64,000 bases of DNA from a virus (Duplodnaviria; Caudoviricetes): IMG/VR virus record IMGVR_UViG_3300044695_006401; one strand, 5' to 3'. The notes beneath the pieces were generated by a model, which searched no databases, had not been told where the DNA came from, and worked only from the letters and a program-made list of their open reading frames with translations. Each line of letters begins with the position of its first letter. Positions within the stretch are counted from its first letter, which is position 1. A program made the position numbers and the translations under genes. Positions 44,311 through 54,576 of the stretch are shown here, piece by piece.

Positions 44311-47300
44311 TTATAGAAGATATTTAGTGATGTACCTGTTTAATGATGATTTACCTTTATTTAACCCAAAGTAAAAATGATATGGAGCACCAACAACATA
44401 TCTATTAGATGGTTGGTTAACTGAAGGTGCGAATGTCGGTACTCCATTATTATTATAATTGTAGATATATCCAGTAGAAGGACCGTTTGTCGCTTGGAAA
44501 TAATCAGTAGTATTAAAACTCATCTCTTGGTAAGGTGCTGTGTAATATCCATTGTTCGCATCAAATGATGTAAACCAATCGTTGTCTTGGCTTCCTAAAA
44601 TAGTTTGTGGTGCGGTTTGACCGTCTTTAATCCATTTATACATAGGTACTACTTGGGTTTTAGGGTACCCAATTGTCTGCGTAATATTACCAAATGTTAT
44701 AGTACCTGGTGTTAATCTTATTCTATTCTCAGTAATAGCAGAATATAATACACCTATAAGTGGTCCGTCATTTGTGTTCGGAGCTAAGTAGATATCATTA
44801 TCATCATAAAATTCGTCATTGAAAGGTAAAATACCATATTCAGAGTTTATGCTAAACATTTGAGCGATGTCCCCATCAATTCTATCCTCACTTCTCGAAA
44901 ATAAACTATTAATTGATGCGTCTCCACTACCTAAAATTTGTTGGGTAAATGATGTGGATAACAATCTTGATAGTATAGCAAAAAGTAATATATCGGCAGT
45001 TTCGTTGTATGTAGTACTCTTCAATGTATCCACTAAATAACCCTCCAATTGAGGATTTAAACAGATTTCTTTTGCAAATTCATCTCTAGGACCCAAATCC
45101 ATAATTGTAGTTGGAAAAAATAAATTGCGATTATTCATTCCTTTATATGTCGGTCCAACGGGCTCCCAGTCATTATTGAATAAATTCTTTTTCATAGGTA
45201 ATTGTCCAATAAACTGACCCGTAACATAATCGTAAGGTGTTGATCTATAAAAGAATGAAAATCTATCTTCATCAAAATAAATCGGTCCTTGGTTAGTAGT
45301 GACTTGAATTAGCACGGGGTCCTTTGTTCCGCAAAACTTATATTTCTTAACATTACCGACACTATCAAAAATTGTTTGTTTCCTGAACGAGAACGCGTAA
45401 AGGGTACCATTCACCCAATTGTTTTGGAATACATGACTAATCACACCTCTACAAGCACCAAATACAAATCTGAATCTTGCTTTCCATTCTGCCAAATATT
45501 TTAAGTCGTCTTTTATTGTCTTTATAAGTTCGTCTTGGACAAAATAATAACACCCCCCTTTAACTCTAGTTTTATCAGGATTGTTAGGGAAATTCGCAGG
45601 ACATGGCGCCTTTACTCCGAAATTTTCACCACTACCTGAATAACATTCTAATAATGTTAATTGATCACATGTTAAAGACCCTAACACCGCATCACTGACA
45701 CCACTACCATCATCTTCGAAATCTTGTAAATTATTTGTAGTATCTGTAGGTTGCATGTTAAACACCGGTATAGTAATAACACCTCCTGTATCCAATAACT
45801 TATACATTAAAAAGTTATCATTTAGGTGTAAAGAAAATGATGTGTTACCCGAAACTTGAACTACATCTGAAGTTGGTAATCTGTCTGATCTGAGTATTAA
45901 TCTATCTGAGTTTACCATGTTAGTATTAGGTGTATAATCTAAATGATAAGTGGGGGAAAAAACTCTACTGTGTCTATTTTGTTGTTGTGTTGGCATAGAG
46001 ACTTGTTGAGGTTCATAACCCGCTAACAAAGTTCCACCCTCAATATTACCTTGTGGTGATGTTGCACATGTAGGTTGAGGAGTTAAAGATCCGTTCCATG
46101 CCCCTGAACAAACTTCATAATCTAAAATTATTCCACTAGCGTCTAATTTAACTGCCGCCTGTACAAACCAAGTATATTGTCCAGTTGTCGCATCATAATA
46201 GTCGTACCTCATAGGAACCCACAGAAAATCATTTATAGTTGTGTTGAAAACACCGTCCATTGGTATGTTTCCGGGACTATTTGGTCCGACATATTGTGTG
46301 TAGAAAATATCACCAACATTTAAGAATGGTGATGTTGTTACGACACCATAACCTGTACTAAAGTTTTCACAAGCACCAACACCAAATTGACATGGTATAC
46401 CAATAGGTATACCCGAACAAGAAGTCTGATATGCATAATTGTTCGAAGGGTCTGTGTTAGAATAAAAAGCGTACCCATCTGCAACAGGTCTTGTCCATGT
46501 ATAAAGTTGTGTTGTTGATTGAATGGATCCAAACTGAAAACCTATAGTACTCTTTCCAAGTTCGGGCCCATTACATGCAATGTCAGAATAAACCCCAGCA
46601 GGTAGTGTAAATTGATTTAAAGCATAGGTATCACCAAAGTACGCAGGTGACCCAAATCGTGATTTATCTGTGGAATTGTAATATTTTAAAATGTTGTTTG
46701 TAAATGCCGAAAAAACAGAAGGTTGTACCGAAAACGAGAATGGTATGTGAAACAACTTATTATTATTATTTGTGGTTGTTTCATGTGTTTCCGGTGTTTT
46801 ATAGTCGTTTCTCCATGGTAAATTTAAATTTGTATTTGACTGTATTGGAATATTCAAATAATAACTGCCTTCAACAATAGGTCCTTGTGTAAAATTATAC
46901 CCAAACAATTTAGAAAGGTCATATTTTATGTTTTGTTTTTGAGTATAAGGATCAACTCCCCTTGAAAGAAATATAATCTCCTGATCACCAAATAAGTCGT
47001 ACGCCTGTAGTGGGGTTGAAATAAATGTTTGGAGGTTCGAGTTTTGCGGTAATTGTGGGACAGAATGATAATAGGCTCTCTGAGTTTTAGCAAAAAGATA
47101 CTTGTTTAAAAGTGAGTTGACATTATTTTGATTTGTAAGACCAGAATATTGACTGACAGTCCCTCCTGTTATTACTTGGAAGTACTCATTCCCTGCAACA
47201 AAATTATAAGGTTTTCCATCTTCAGTAATTTTTAACTTCAATGTTGCAGTCTGTATGGTTCCACCTGTTGTCACATACTGTACAGTTTTATTAACAAGCG

Positions 47301-49689
47301 CCACTTGGTTGGGATTGGTACTACCTGTAATACTTTTAGTTTGGAACTGATTCAAAGTAGCCCCTGTTAAGTTAGGATCTTGTATTTTTGATATGTCATG
47401 GAAAGAAATTAAATCTCCAGGTAATAATGTTTGAAGTGTTCCCGCATCACAAACTACCATGAGAACTGAGTCTGTAAATGGTGTTGATGGCTGAGGAATT
47501 AAACCATTTGGTGGTGTATTAAATACTGTAGTTCTTATTATATTTTCACCCTCAAAGTACCTTATTCTTAAATTAGCCATGTTCAAAGACTGTGATAATG
47601 TAACATCATTTCCTAAGTACTTATAACTCGAGGCTTGGTTTGGCCATTCCAAAATAGGAAGTTTTGTTAACTTTTGGTCCATTATATTACTATTGAATGT
47701 TGAACCTGGTAAAAATTGGTACCCAGCTAAAACCTGTCTTAATCCATTGTTTTGTCCTTCTGTACTGGTAGTACTTACAACCAAACCTTCAAAAGAAGAC
47801 ACTGAATTTGAATTTATTAGTTGACTATAATTGCCCTGTGAAATAAGGAAATTCTGAAATGGATTAAAGTTAGTAGTAGTATTAAGTGACGCATCCTCAC
47901 AGTTACAAGCTTCACAATCAGGATATGACATCATGGGTAATGAAATTCTTTTGAATGGATTGTTTTCTTCAAGTTTATCTAAAACTGCCTTGTTACACCC
48001 ACCTTCAGGTTTATTCCCATTGGTTAGCCAGTTTATAGCCTTACATATTGCAAAAACAACATCATTGATAAAATCTATTATAGAATTTATGAATTTTACT
48101 ATAATTGGATATATTAACGCCAAAATATGTAAAATAACAATTATAGAAGCTAATAATGGTGATAGTAATGTTATTAACAAATTAAATAAGAAAAATATAA
48201 AATCAAAATTTCTAACTCCATCATTCACTGGAAATCTATTTGTTGTTGTTGAACATGCCCTATCTGTTATTTCCTTTATTCCTAAATGTCTTGCTCTATT
48301 ATATCCCCATTTCCATCTATCAATAAAATTTGCAACAGTATAAACTCGATTGAAGTTCATTTCAAAGAATCTATCTTCACAGTTGATCGCCTCCTGAATC
48401 ATTTGGTTTCCGATAGTTGTTGCAGTATCTCCATAATCATTCCAGTCTAAACTAAAGGCATATGATTGTTTTTGAAGGGTATCTGAAAGAGGTGCTTCAG
48501 ATTGTGTAAGTGACCAACCGTATTCTTTAATATTAGGTACTAAGTAGTCAGCTCTCATGGCATTATTTTCTAACCCATCTTCATTTTGGTATTGGATCCT
48601 GAATCTGTACTTGCCCTTGGTTGGTATACCAATTGTAGGGTCATTCGATATAATCTGGTCTCCGAACTCATTTGTAGTTACAAAATCAAAGTTCATCGGC
48701 ACTTCAATTAACCATGTTCCATTATCATCAATGACATTTCCTCCGTCTTCAAATCTATACTCTTCTAAAACCGGTAATCCTTGACTGTCGTTAAAAACTG
48801 TTTGTCTTAATGCTAAAATTTTCCCAGCACCTGTAACTAAATCACAAAGATTACCTGAATCGAATTTTGGTTTACAATTCACATTTAAAACATCATCTTC
48901 ACTAGTCGAAAACAAAGATCCCATGAAAATTGATTGAGGTACTATCTCTATACCTGAGTCCCTTAAATCAAAGTCAATTCTTGTAATACCAACATTACAT
49001 ATGTTTTCTTCACCCCAAAATGCGGCAACTTCAACATCTTTAGCTTGATTAACTATTTGTGGTAATGAATCTAAATTTTCAGATGATCTAAAATTAGGGC
49101 CAGCAAATTGTGATTTAACACCAAGACCTTGTCTAACTAAATCTGTAGGTCTTTGGGAAAAACATCCGATATTAGATAAGTCTAAATCCATTACGATCGT
49201 CTGAATACCTAAAGGTACTCCAACTATCATAAAGTCACCACTATCGTTAGTTCTTACGGTGTACTTGTAGTATTTTTCATATACTTCTAATACTTCTTTT
49301 CTTGTTAAAACTTCTTCAATATCAGGAAAAGTACCTGTCGGTGTATGTCCTCCGTACTCTTGTACATAAGGTAAAAGGTTATATCTATAACCTTCGTCAT
49401 TTTTATCTGTGATTGTTTTATATGGGTATAATGTTGATATTACAGGGTCTGTTTCATCTTCTGTGGTGAGTGGTACAAAAACAGATATTGGTACATTTGG
49501 TACTCCGTAACCGCCATTTGCAATTACCCTACCTACTACAACACCATAATCGGCACAAAAACGAGTATAAACATCTTCTTGTTTTAATTTCAACGACAAG
49601 ATTTCTATTAAGTCAAAATCTTGTTGGATGTCAATTCGGATGTTTTTATCGATTCCAGGCGTTGTTCTAATTCTATAACTTTTGGACAT
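44311..49689 (-). CDS. Very large putative baseplate/tail protein (1792 aa) with a hydrophobic segment and Cys pairs
   Basis: N-terminal prealbumin/carboxypeptidase-regulatory-like strands (GRVIANGGYGVPNVPISVF...TNDSGDFMIVGVPLG); TM-like FIFFLFNLLITLLSPLLASIIVILHILALIYPIIV. Confidence 0.65.
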   Translation of the reverse strand: MSKSYRIRTTPGIDKNIRIDIQQDFDLIEILSLKLKQEDVYTRFCADYGVVVGRVIANGGYGVPNVPISVFVPLTTEDETDPVISTLYPYKTITDKNDEGYRYNLLPYVQEYGGHTPTGTFPDIEEVLTRKEVLEVYEKYYKYTVRTNDSGDFMIVGVPLGIQTIVMDLDLSNIGCFSQRPTDLVRQGLGVKSQFAGPNFRSSENLDSLPQIVNQAKDVEVAAFWGEENICNVGITRIDFDLRDSGIEIVPQSIFMGSLFSTSEDDVLNVNCKPKFDSGNLCDLVTGAGKILALRQTVFNDSQGLPVLEEYRFEDGGNVIDDNGTWLIEVPMNFDFVTTNEFGDQIISNDPTIGIPTKGKYRFRIQYQNEDGLENNAMRADYLVPNIKEYGWSLTQSEAPLSDTLQKQSYAFSLDWNDYGDTATTIGNQMIQEAINCEDRFFEMNFNRVYTVANFIDRWKWGYNRARHLGIKEITDRACSTTTNRFPVNDGVRNFDFIFFLFNLLITLLSPLLASIIVILHILALIYPIIVKFINSIIDFINDVVFAICKAINWLTNGNKPEGGCNKAVLDKLEENNPFKRISLPMMSYPDCEACNCEDASLNTTTNFNPFQNFLISQGNYSQLINSNSVSSFEGLVVSTTSTEGQNNGLRQVLAGYQFLPGSTFNSNIMDQKLTKLPILEWPNQASSYKYLGNDVTLSQSLNMANLRIRYFEGENIIRTTVFNTPPNGLIPQPSTPFTDSVLMVVCDAGTLQTLLPGDLISFHDISKIQDPNLTGATLNQFQTKSITGSTNPNQVALVNKTVQYVTTGGTIQTATLKLKITEDGKPYNFVAGNEYFQVITGGTVSQYSGLTNQNNVNSLLNKYLFAKTQRAYYHSVPQLPQNSNLQTFISTPLQAYDLFGDQEIIFLSRGVDPYTQKQNIKYDLSKLFGYNFTQGPIVEGSYYLNIPIQSNTNLNLPWRNDYKTPETHETTTNNNNKLFHIPFSFSVQPSVFSAFTNNILKYYNSTDKSRFGSPAYFGDTYALNQFTLPAGVYSDIACNGPELGKSTIGFQFGSIQSTTQLYTWTRPVADGYAFYSNTDPSNNYAYQTSCSGIPIGIPCQFGVGACENFSTGYGVVTTSPFLNVGDIFYTQYVGPNSPGNIPMDGVFNTTINDFLWVPMRYDYYDATTGQYTWFVQAAVKLDASGIILDYEVCSGAWNGSLTPQPTCATSPQGNIEGGTLLAGYEPQQVSMPTQQQNRHSRVFSPTYHLDYTPNTNMVNSDRLILRSDRLPTSDVVQVSGNTSFSLHLNDNFLMYKLLDTGGVITIPVFNMQPTDTTNNLQDFEDDGSGVSDAVLGSLTCDQLTLLECYSGSGENFGVKAPCPANFPNNPDKTRVKGGCYYFVQDELIKTIKDDLKYLAEWKARFRFVFGACRGVISHVFQNNWVNGTLYAFSFRKQTIFDSVGNVKKYKFCGTKDPVLIQVTTNQGPIYFDEDRFSFFYRSTPYDYVTGQFIGQLPMKKNLFNNDWEPVGPTYKGMNNRNLFFPTTIMDLGPRDEFAKEICLNPQLEGYLVDTLKSTTYNETADILLFAILSRLLSTSFTQQILGSGDASINSLFSRSEDRIDGDIAQMFSINSEYGILPFNDEFYDDNDIYLAPNTNDGPLIGVLYSAITENRIRLTPGTITFGNITQTIGYPKTQVVPMYKWIKDGQTAPQTILGSQDNDWFTSFDANNGYYTAPYQEMSFNTTDYFQATNGPSTGYIYNYNNNGVPTFAPSVNQPSNRYVVGAPYHFYFGLNKGKSSLNRYITKYLL

Positions 49690-49702
49690 AATATCGTTTA
49701 AA

Positions 49703-49726
49703 AATAAATAGTCTTTTTGACTATTT
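49703..49726 (-). promoter_or_regulatory. TATTTATT motif overlapped by an 8-bp inverted repeat
   Basis: Motif at 49710-49703; IR AAATAGTC (49706-49713) / GACTATTT (49719-49726). Confidence 0.4.
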
Positions 49727-49761
49727 TAAAAGTAACACGGTTTGGGTTAAAATAAACAATC

Positions 49762-51603
49762 TTAACTATAATCTACTGTTGTTATATTTTTAACCCTTAC
49801 TTTTATGTCTTTATTTGGGAATCTTACTTGGTAAATTTGATCGGGCTCTGCAAAAATAGTGTCATCAATAAGTTCAATTTGTTTAGTTGCAACATCTACA
49901 TATCTTTGTGATGTTTCAGATGATGAGTATTGACCGCCAACTCTATTATATACTCTTATTTCAGATAATGTATTAACTCCTTCTATTCCTTGAACGATTT
50001 GTCTAATTTCTGAAACATTAACATTTTCACCTAACTCCCTTGTAGATGGTGCCATGTAAGTTGTTACATTATCAATTATTTGTGTGATGACTTGACTTTG
50101 TGATCCTGCAGCGGTTAAAACAACAAAGAACTCAAATTCCAAATCTATAACTTTAGCGACTTCAATTGAAATATAATCGTTAATCATTCTATACTTCGAT
50201 AGATAAGTTGCCAAATTTGTTTTAAGATTATTCGAGACTGTTTGTGTTAGAGCACCTTGTGTGTCGAAAGAAAGGATCTTCACCAAAATTTTATTGTTGA
50301 ATTCTGATATCGACACTTTAGCTGGGGCACCGTATTGTCCTGGCATTGTATCAATTAGAGACTTGTAGTCATTTATTGTTACCGCTCTTTTTTGTGCCGC
50401 AAAGTTATATGTAACCATATTTCTTACCTCGTTAACTGAAGGTTGGTTTGCTCCTCCGATTGCCGCAGTCACATTATTAACTCTAATCGATTGTATGGTA
50501 TTGTTATTGACAACCGCTGAGGGTCCGTTTACTGCAAAATCAACTAATGCAACTTGATTGATCGCACCAACACCAACATTACTAGCCAATCCACCACCTG
50601 TCCTATATTGAACAAACAAAGTAGTATTTGGTCTTACTGTTAAACCTAAACCTATGTTATTTTGATAATTTTGTATTTTTAGTGGAACACCTGTTTTAGT
50701 AAATTGATTTAGTTGTTCTTCAGGTGTTACAGTCCCATTACCAAATTGAATTCTTAAAAATCCCTCGGGGGTGTATTCAGTAATGAATCGATTATCTGTT
50801 TTTAAATACCTTCCTACTTTTACGCCAGCGTCATCAACAGGTTTAGTTGGGTCCTCGATAAATACTGTATTTTCTACTAATGAATCAACCTCATACCATC
50901 TGTTTGGTGAAGTTTGGAATTCAGTGAAGGATGGTGTTGATTGGTAATCAGTACCGTCTTTTTGTATTATCGATGTCACACCTAAGACATTTTTTTCAGG
51001 TAAGAAAAAACTAAAGAAAGGTATTACTTCTGCAGGGGTAATTACCTTTTTGAATACTTGGGTACTACCATTGACAACAATTTCTCGTTTTGTAATTATG
51101 TAGCTTGATGGTGCAGAATTATCATCACTGAATTGTGGTATTTTTGTTCTGTTCACAAACCCTTCTCTGTTAAATTGAGTTGAGAAATCAATGTCATATA
51201 CGGTTTCAAATGTCGTTCCTCCACCGTTGAATTGGGCTCCGGCTCTTAATATACCTAAATATCTTACATCTTCAGAGTCACCTAAAGCAGGTATAGTTAT
51301 CGAAATATCAACCAAAGCAACAGAAGGTCTAAATCCAGGTACTTTTAGTCCATAGGTTCTAGCAATGTTAAATATAGAAGATCTTTGTTGTGCAAACTGT
51401 AAAACGGTTTCTTGTATACTCCTATCTATATGAAAATGCAAATTGTCACCAATCGCAGCATTCAAATCCATCAGTACTGAAAATACAGACGCATCATTAA
51501 AATTTTGTATTAATTCTGGATAATACTGTTGGGTATAATCTATGAGGTCTTGTCTTAACGCTTCAAAATCTCTGTCAGTATATGCAATTCTTCTATTTGC
51601 CAT
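49762..51603 (-). CDS. gp6: Baseplate wedge subunit (T4 gp6-like / baseplate J)
   Basis: RDFEALRQDL, AQQRSSIFNIARTYG, GGANQPS, QKRAVTINDY; follows gp25. Confidence 0.85.
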   Translation of the reverse strand: MANRRIAYTDRDFEALRQDLIDYTQQYYPELIQNFNDASVFSVLMDLNAAIGDNLHFHIDRSIQETVLQFAQQRSSIFNIARTYGLKVPGFRPSVALVDISITIPALGDSEDVRYLGILRAGAQFNGGGTTFETVYDIDFSTQFNREGFVNRTKIPQFSDDNSAPSSYIITKREIVVNGSTQVFKKVITPAEVIPFFSFFLPEKNVLGVTSIIQKDGTDYQSTPSFTEFQTSPNRWYEVDSLVENTVFIEDPTKPVDDAGVKVGRYLKTDNRFITEYTPEGFLRIQFGNGTVTPEEQLNQFTKTGVPLKIQNYQNNIGLGLTVRPNTTLFVQYRTGGGLASNVGVGAINQVALVDFAVNGPSAVVNNNTIQSIRVNNVTAAIGGANQPSVNEVRNMVTYNFAAQKRAVTINDYKSLIDTMPGQYGAPAKVSISEFNNKILVKILSFDTQGALTQTVSNNLKTNLATYLSKYRMINDYISIEVAKVIDLEFEFFVVLTAAGSQSQVITQIIDNVTTYMAPSTRELGENVNVSEIRQIVQGIEGVNTLSEIRVYNRVGGQYSSSETSQRYVDVATKQIELIDDTIFAEPDQIYQVRFPNKDIKVRVKNITTVDYS

Positions 51604-51606
51604 AGT

Positions 51607-52068
51607 TTATAAATTGATGATAACGAATTGTCTTGTTCCGAAAGCACTGCTTTCGTCAACATATTCTATTTTTATTTTTGCTGTGTACTCTTCAGTATTT
51701 GCTCCAGGAATAGCATAAACAGGAATGTCTTGTTCAGGAACAACTAACTCACCTAAAGATGGTTCAGAATTAACATATGGTTCTATACTTATATTTTGAA
51801 TAGTAAGATTAGGAATAAATGTAGATATTGATTCTTCTATTTCACTTCTCAGTGTTGAAAAGGTATCCCCATCTAAAGGTTCAAAAATATATTCATACAA
51901 TCTTGTACCAAAATTTGGTAGATAGTATCTTGATCCTTTCCTTGTTAGTAACAGATGGACCAAATCAGTTCTGATTTCTTCATCTGGTGTTTCCGATAGA
52001 GATAGGTATTGACCTTTTAAACTCTGTCTTAAAGGAAAATTAATACCATATGTTATTCCGTTTGCCAT
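51607..52068 (-). CDS. gp25: Baseplate/sheath initiator, GPW/gp25 family
   Basis: HLLLTRKGSRYYLPNFGTRLYEYIFEP. Confidence 0.9.
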   Translation of the reverse strand: MANGITYGINFPLRQSLKGQYLSLSETPDEEIRTDLVHLLLTRKGSRYYLPNFGTRLYEYIFEPLDGDTFSTLRSEIEESISTFIPNLTIQNISIEPYVNSEPSLGELVVPEQDIPVYAIPGANTEEYTAKIKIEYVDESSAFGTRQFVIINL

Positions 52069-52072
52069 ATTA

Positions 52073-52106
52073 AATAAATATAATGTTGCTATTTTTTGAA
52101 TAAATA
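52073..52106 (-). promoter_or_regulatory. Two TATTTATT motifs upstream of gp25
   Basis: Copies at 52106-52099 and 52080-52073; the proximal one is 4 nt before the ATG. Confidence 0.5.
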
Positions 52107-52110
52107 GATT

Positions 52111-52140
52111 AAAAACAAAAAAGTCCGATTACTCGGACTT
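52111..52140 (-). terminator. Rho-independent terminator after nrdA
   Basis: Perfect 8-bp stem AAGTCCGA/TCGGACTT with GTAA (GNRA) loop on the minus strand, then a T-rich run. Confidence 0.85.
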
Positions 52141-52145
52141 TAAGA

Positions 52146-54566
52146 TTATGATGAACAACCAAAACATTCAAAATCAGAATTTTCAGGTTTTGGTGGTAAG
52201 TTTACATATTCAACTTTAGGCACTTCATTTTTTTGTTTAATTTCTTTTTTTGAAATATCTACCGCTAAATGTTTGGCTCCCGTAGAAATCGCCTTTGTTC
52301 TAACATAATAACAAAGTGTTTTCAATCCACTTTCCCAAGAATGAAAATGTGACGATGTAATCTTTGAAAGTGTTGGATTTGACATGTAAATGTTCATTGA
52401 TTGAGACTGATCAATAAATGGTGCTCTATCTGAAGCCATATCGATAAGTTGTTTTTGTGAAATCTCCCAAATAGTTTTATATTTTGGAATAAGGTGTTCA
52501 ATTCGTTTAACTTTCTTATTGTAATTCTTATCCTCGGGATCTAAATAATTATTGAAGTTAATGTTTTGAATTGATCCTTCATTAATAATTATTTCGTTTT
52601 TAAGGTCTTCACTCCAAATTCCAATTTTTTCAAAATCATTAATTAGATATTTGTTAACAATCATAATTTCTCCACCAACAACTCGTCTGTTAAAGATCGC
52701 AGAATGTGCCGGTTCAGTCATTTCATAAGAACCTGTAATTTTTGCAGATGATGCTACAGGCATTTGTGCAGTAAACAATGAATTACATACTCCGTGTTCC
52801 ATAACACTTTGTTTTAATTTTTTCCAATCCCACATACCTGATAGATTTGATTGGTCAACATCCCACATATCAAACTGAAAATTTCCTTGTGACATTGGTG
52901 ACCCTTTGAAGAAGTCATATGGTTTATATTGTCCGTCAATACACAACTGATTACTTTCATAAATCGCGGCGTAATAAATGGTCTCAAAAATATCTCTGTT
53001 TAATTTTTTAGCGTCGTCCGATGTGAATATATAATCCATTAAATAGAATACATCCGCTAATCCCTGAGTACCAATAGCTATCGCTCTTTGCTCTAAACCG
53101 CCTTTTCTACCTTTTTCTGTTGAGTAATTGTTAATATCCACAACTTTATTTAAAGATCTTACAACTTTTCTAACTTCACTAAAAAGAAGTTCAAAATCAA
53201 ACTTACCGGATTTAATAAAGTTTTTTAAAACCATTGATGAAAGTGTGCATATGGCCGTCGTGTTTTCATCTGTATATTGATAAATCTCATTACAAAGATT
53301 TGATTGCTTGATTACTCCAATATTTTGGTGATTGGTTTTTCTATTTGCACTATCCTTTGAACATAGATAAGGCACTCCTGTCTCTACTTGTGATTCAATA
53401 ATTTTAGTCCAAATATCTTGAGCCTTAACTTTTTTACCCAAACCTAAGTTAACTGCTTGGTTATAAACCTCTTCATATTCCTCACCATAACATTCTTGAA
53501 GTGGTTTAAGTCCTGCCTTATTAATATCATTAGGACAAAACAAATACCATTCAGAATTGTTTTTAACTGCCCTCATAAAGTTGTCAGGAATCCACAAAGC
53601 GGTGAATAAGTCTCTTGCTCTTAATTCTTCTGCTCCCGTATTCTTTTTAATATCCAATAAATCGAAAATATCTTTATGCCAAGGCTCAAGGTAGATTGCC
53701 GCAGAACCAGGTCTACGACCTTGTTGGTTAAAGAACCTAAGAGATTCATTAACAATTTTAAGATATTTCAATAACCCACCAGCATAACCACCTGAACTTG
53801 ATATTCTACTCTCTTTACTACGGATATTGGACATTGAAAGTCCGATACCAGCAGCGTCTGAAGAGAATGTAGAGATATCCGTCAAAGTATCTAATAAACC
53901 TTTTCTTGAGTCAGCATCATTATAATGTAATACACACGACGCCAATTGAGGTACTTTTGTACCTGAGTTGATCATGATTGGAGTTGCCTTTGAAATTAGT
54001 TGCTCTGATAAAGATTTGTAATATTCAAATGCGTCAGTAATATTTGTTGTTACCCATAACGCAACTCTCATGTACATATGTTGCGGTCTTTCAACTACTT
54101 TACCGTTAGGTCTTTTTAATAAATACATTTCCTGTAAAGATCTCCATGCGAAATAATCAAAATTATAATCGTTATCGTGATTAATCACAGCATCAATAGT
54201 ATCAGGACCATACTCTGTTATGGTTTCAATTAACTTTTTGTTTATTATACCATCTTCATAAAGTAGCATCATAGTTTGAGAAAAACTATCATTAGTTTCT
54301 TTGTGGTAAGATGAGATCGCAACACTAGAAGCTAGTCTTGAATAATCGTGATGGCTACCTGTGTATGATGCAGCAATTTCATACACTAACTTGTCCAATT
54401 CTTTCGTTGTTACTTCACCCTCAGTTGGTACTGATGTTATCACTTTGATGAAAATCTCATCTGAATTGACATTTAACCCTTTAGAAGATCTTTTTACTCG
54501 GTTATAAATTTTTTGTGGGTTGAATGCTACGATCTCTCCACCTCTTTTTATTATTTTTAATGACAT
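52146..54566 (-). CDS. nrdA: Ribonucleotide reductase class Ia alpha subunit
   Basis: N-terminal ATP cone, QLASC, SNLCNEI, YYVRT, C-terminal CFGC; no intein or intron. Confidence 0.97.
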   Translation of the reverse strand: MSLKIIKRGGEIVAFNPQKIYNRVKRSSKGLNVNSDEIFIKVITSVPTEGEVTTKELDKLVYEIAASYTGSHHDYSRLASSVAISSYHKETNDSFSQTMMLLYEDGIINKKLIETITEYGPDTIDAVINHDNDYNFDYFAWRSLQEMYLLKRPNGKVVERPQHMYMRVALWVTTNITDAFEYYKSLSEQLISKATPIMINSGTKVPQLASCVLHYNDADSRKGLLDTLTDISTFSSDAAGIGLSMSNIRSKESRISSSGGYAGGLLKYLKIVNESLRFFNQQGRRPGSAAIYLEPWHKDIFDLLDIKKNTGAEELRARDLFTALWIPDNFMRAVKNNSEWYLFCPNDINKAGLKPLQECYGEEYEEVYNQAVNLGLGKKVKAQDIWTKIIESQVETGVPYLCSKDSANRKTNHQNIGVIKQSNLCNEIYQYTDENTTAICTLSSMVLKNFIKSGKFDFELLFSEVRKVVRSLNKVVDINNYSTEKGRKGGLEQRAIAIGTQGLADVFYLMDYIFTSDDAKKLNRDIFETIYYAAIYESNQLCIDGQYKPYDFFKGSPMSQGNFQFDMWDVDQSNLSGMWDWKKLKQSVMEHGVCNSLFTAQMPVASSAKITGSYEMTEPAHSAIFNRRVVGGEIMIVNKYLINDFEKIGIWSEDLKNEIIINEGSIQNINFNNYLDPEDKNYNKKVKRIEHLIPKYKTIWEISQKQLIDMASDRAPFIDQSQSMNIYMSNPTLSKITSSHFHSWESGLKTLCYYVRTKAISTGAKHLAVDISKKEIKQKNEVPKVEYVNLPPKPENSDFECFGCSS

Positions 54567-54576
54567 AGTTTGTTAT

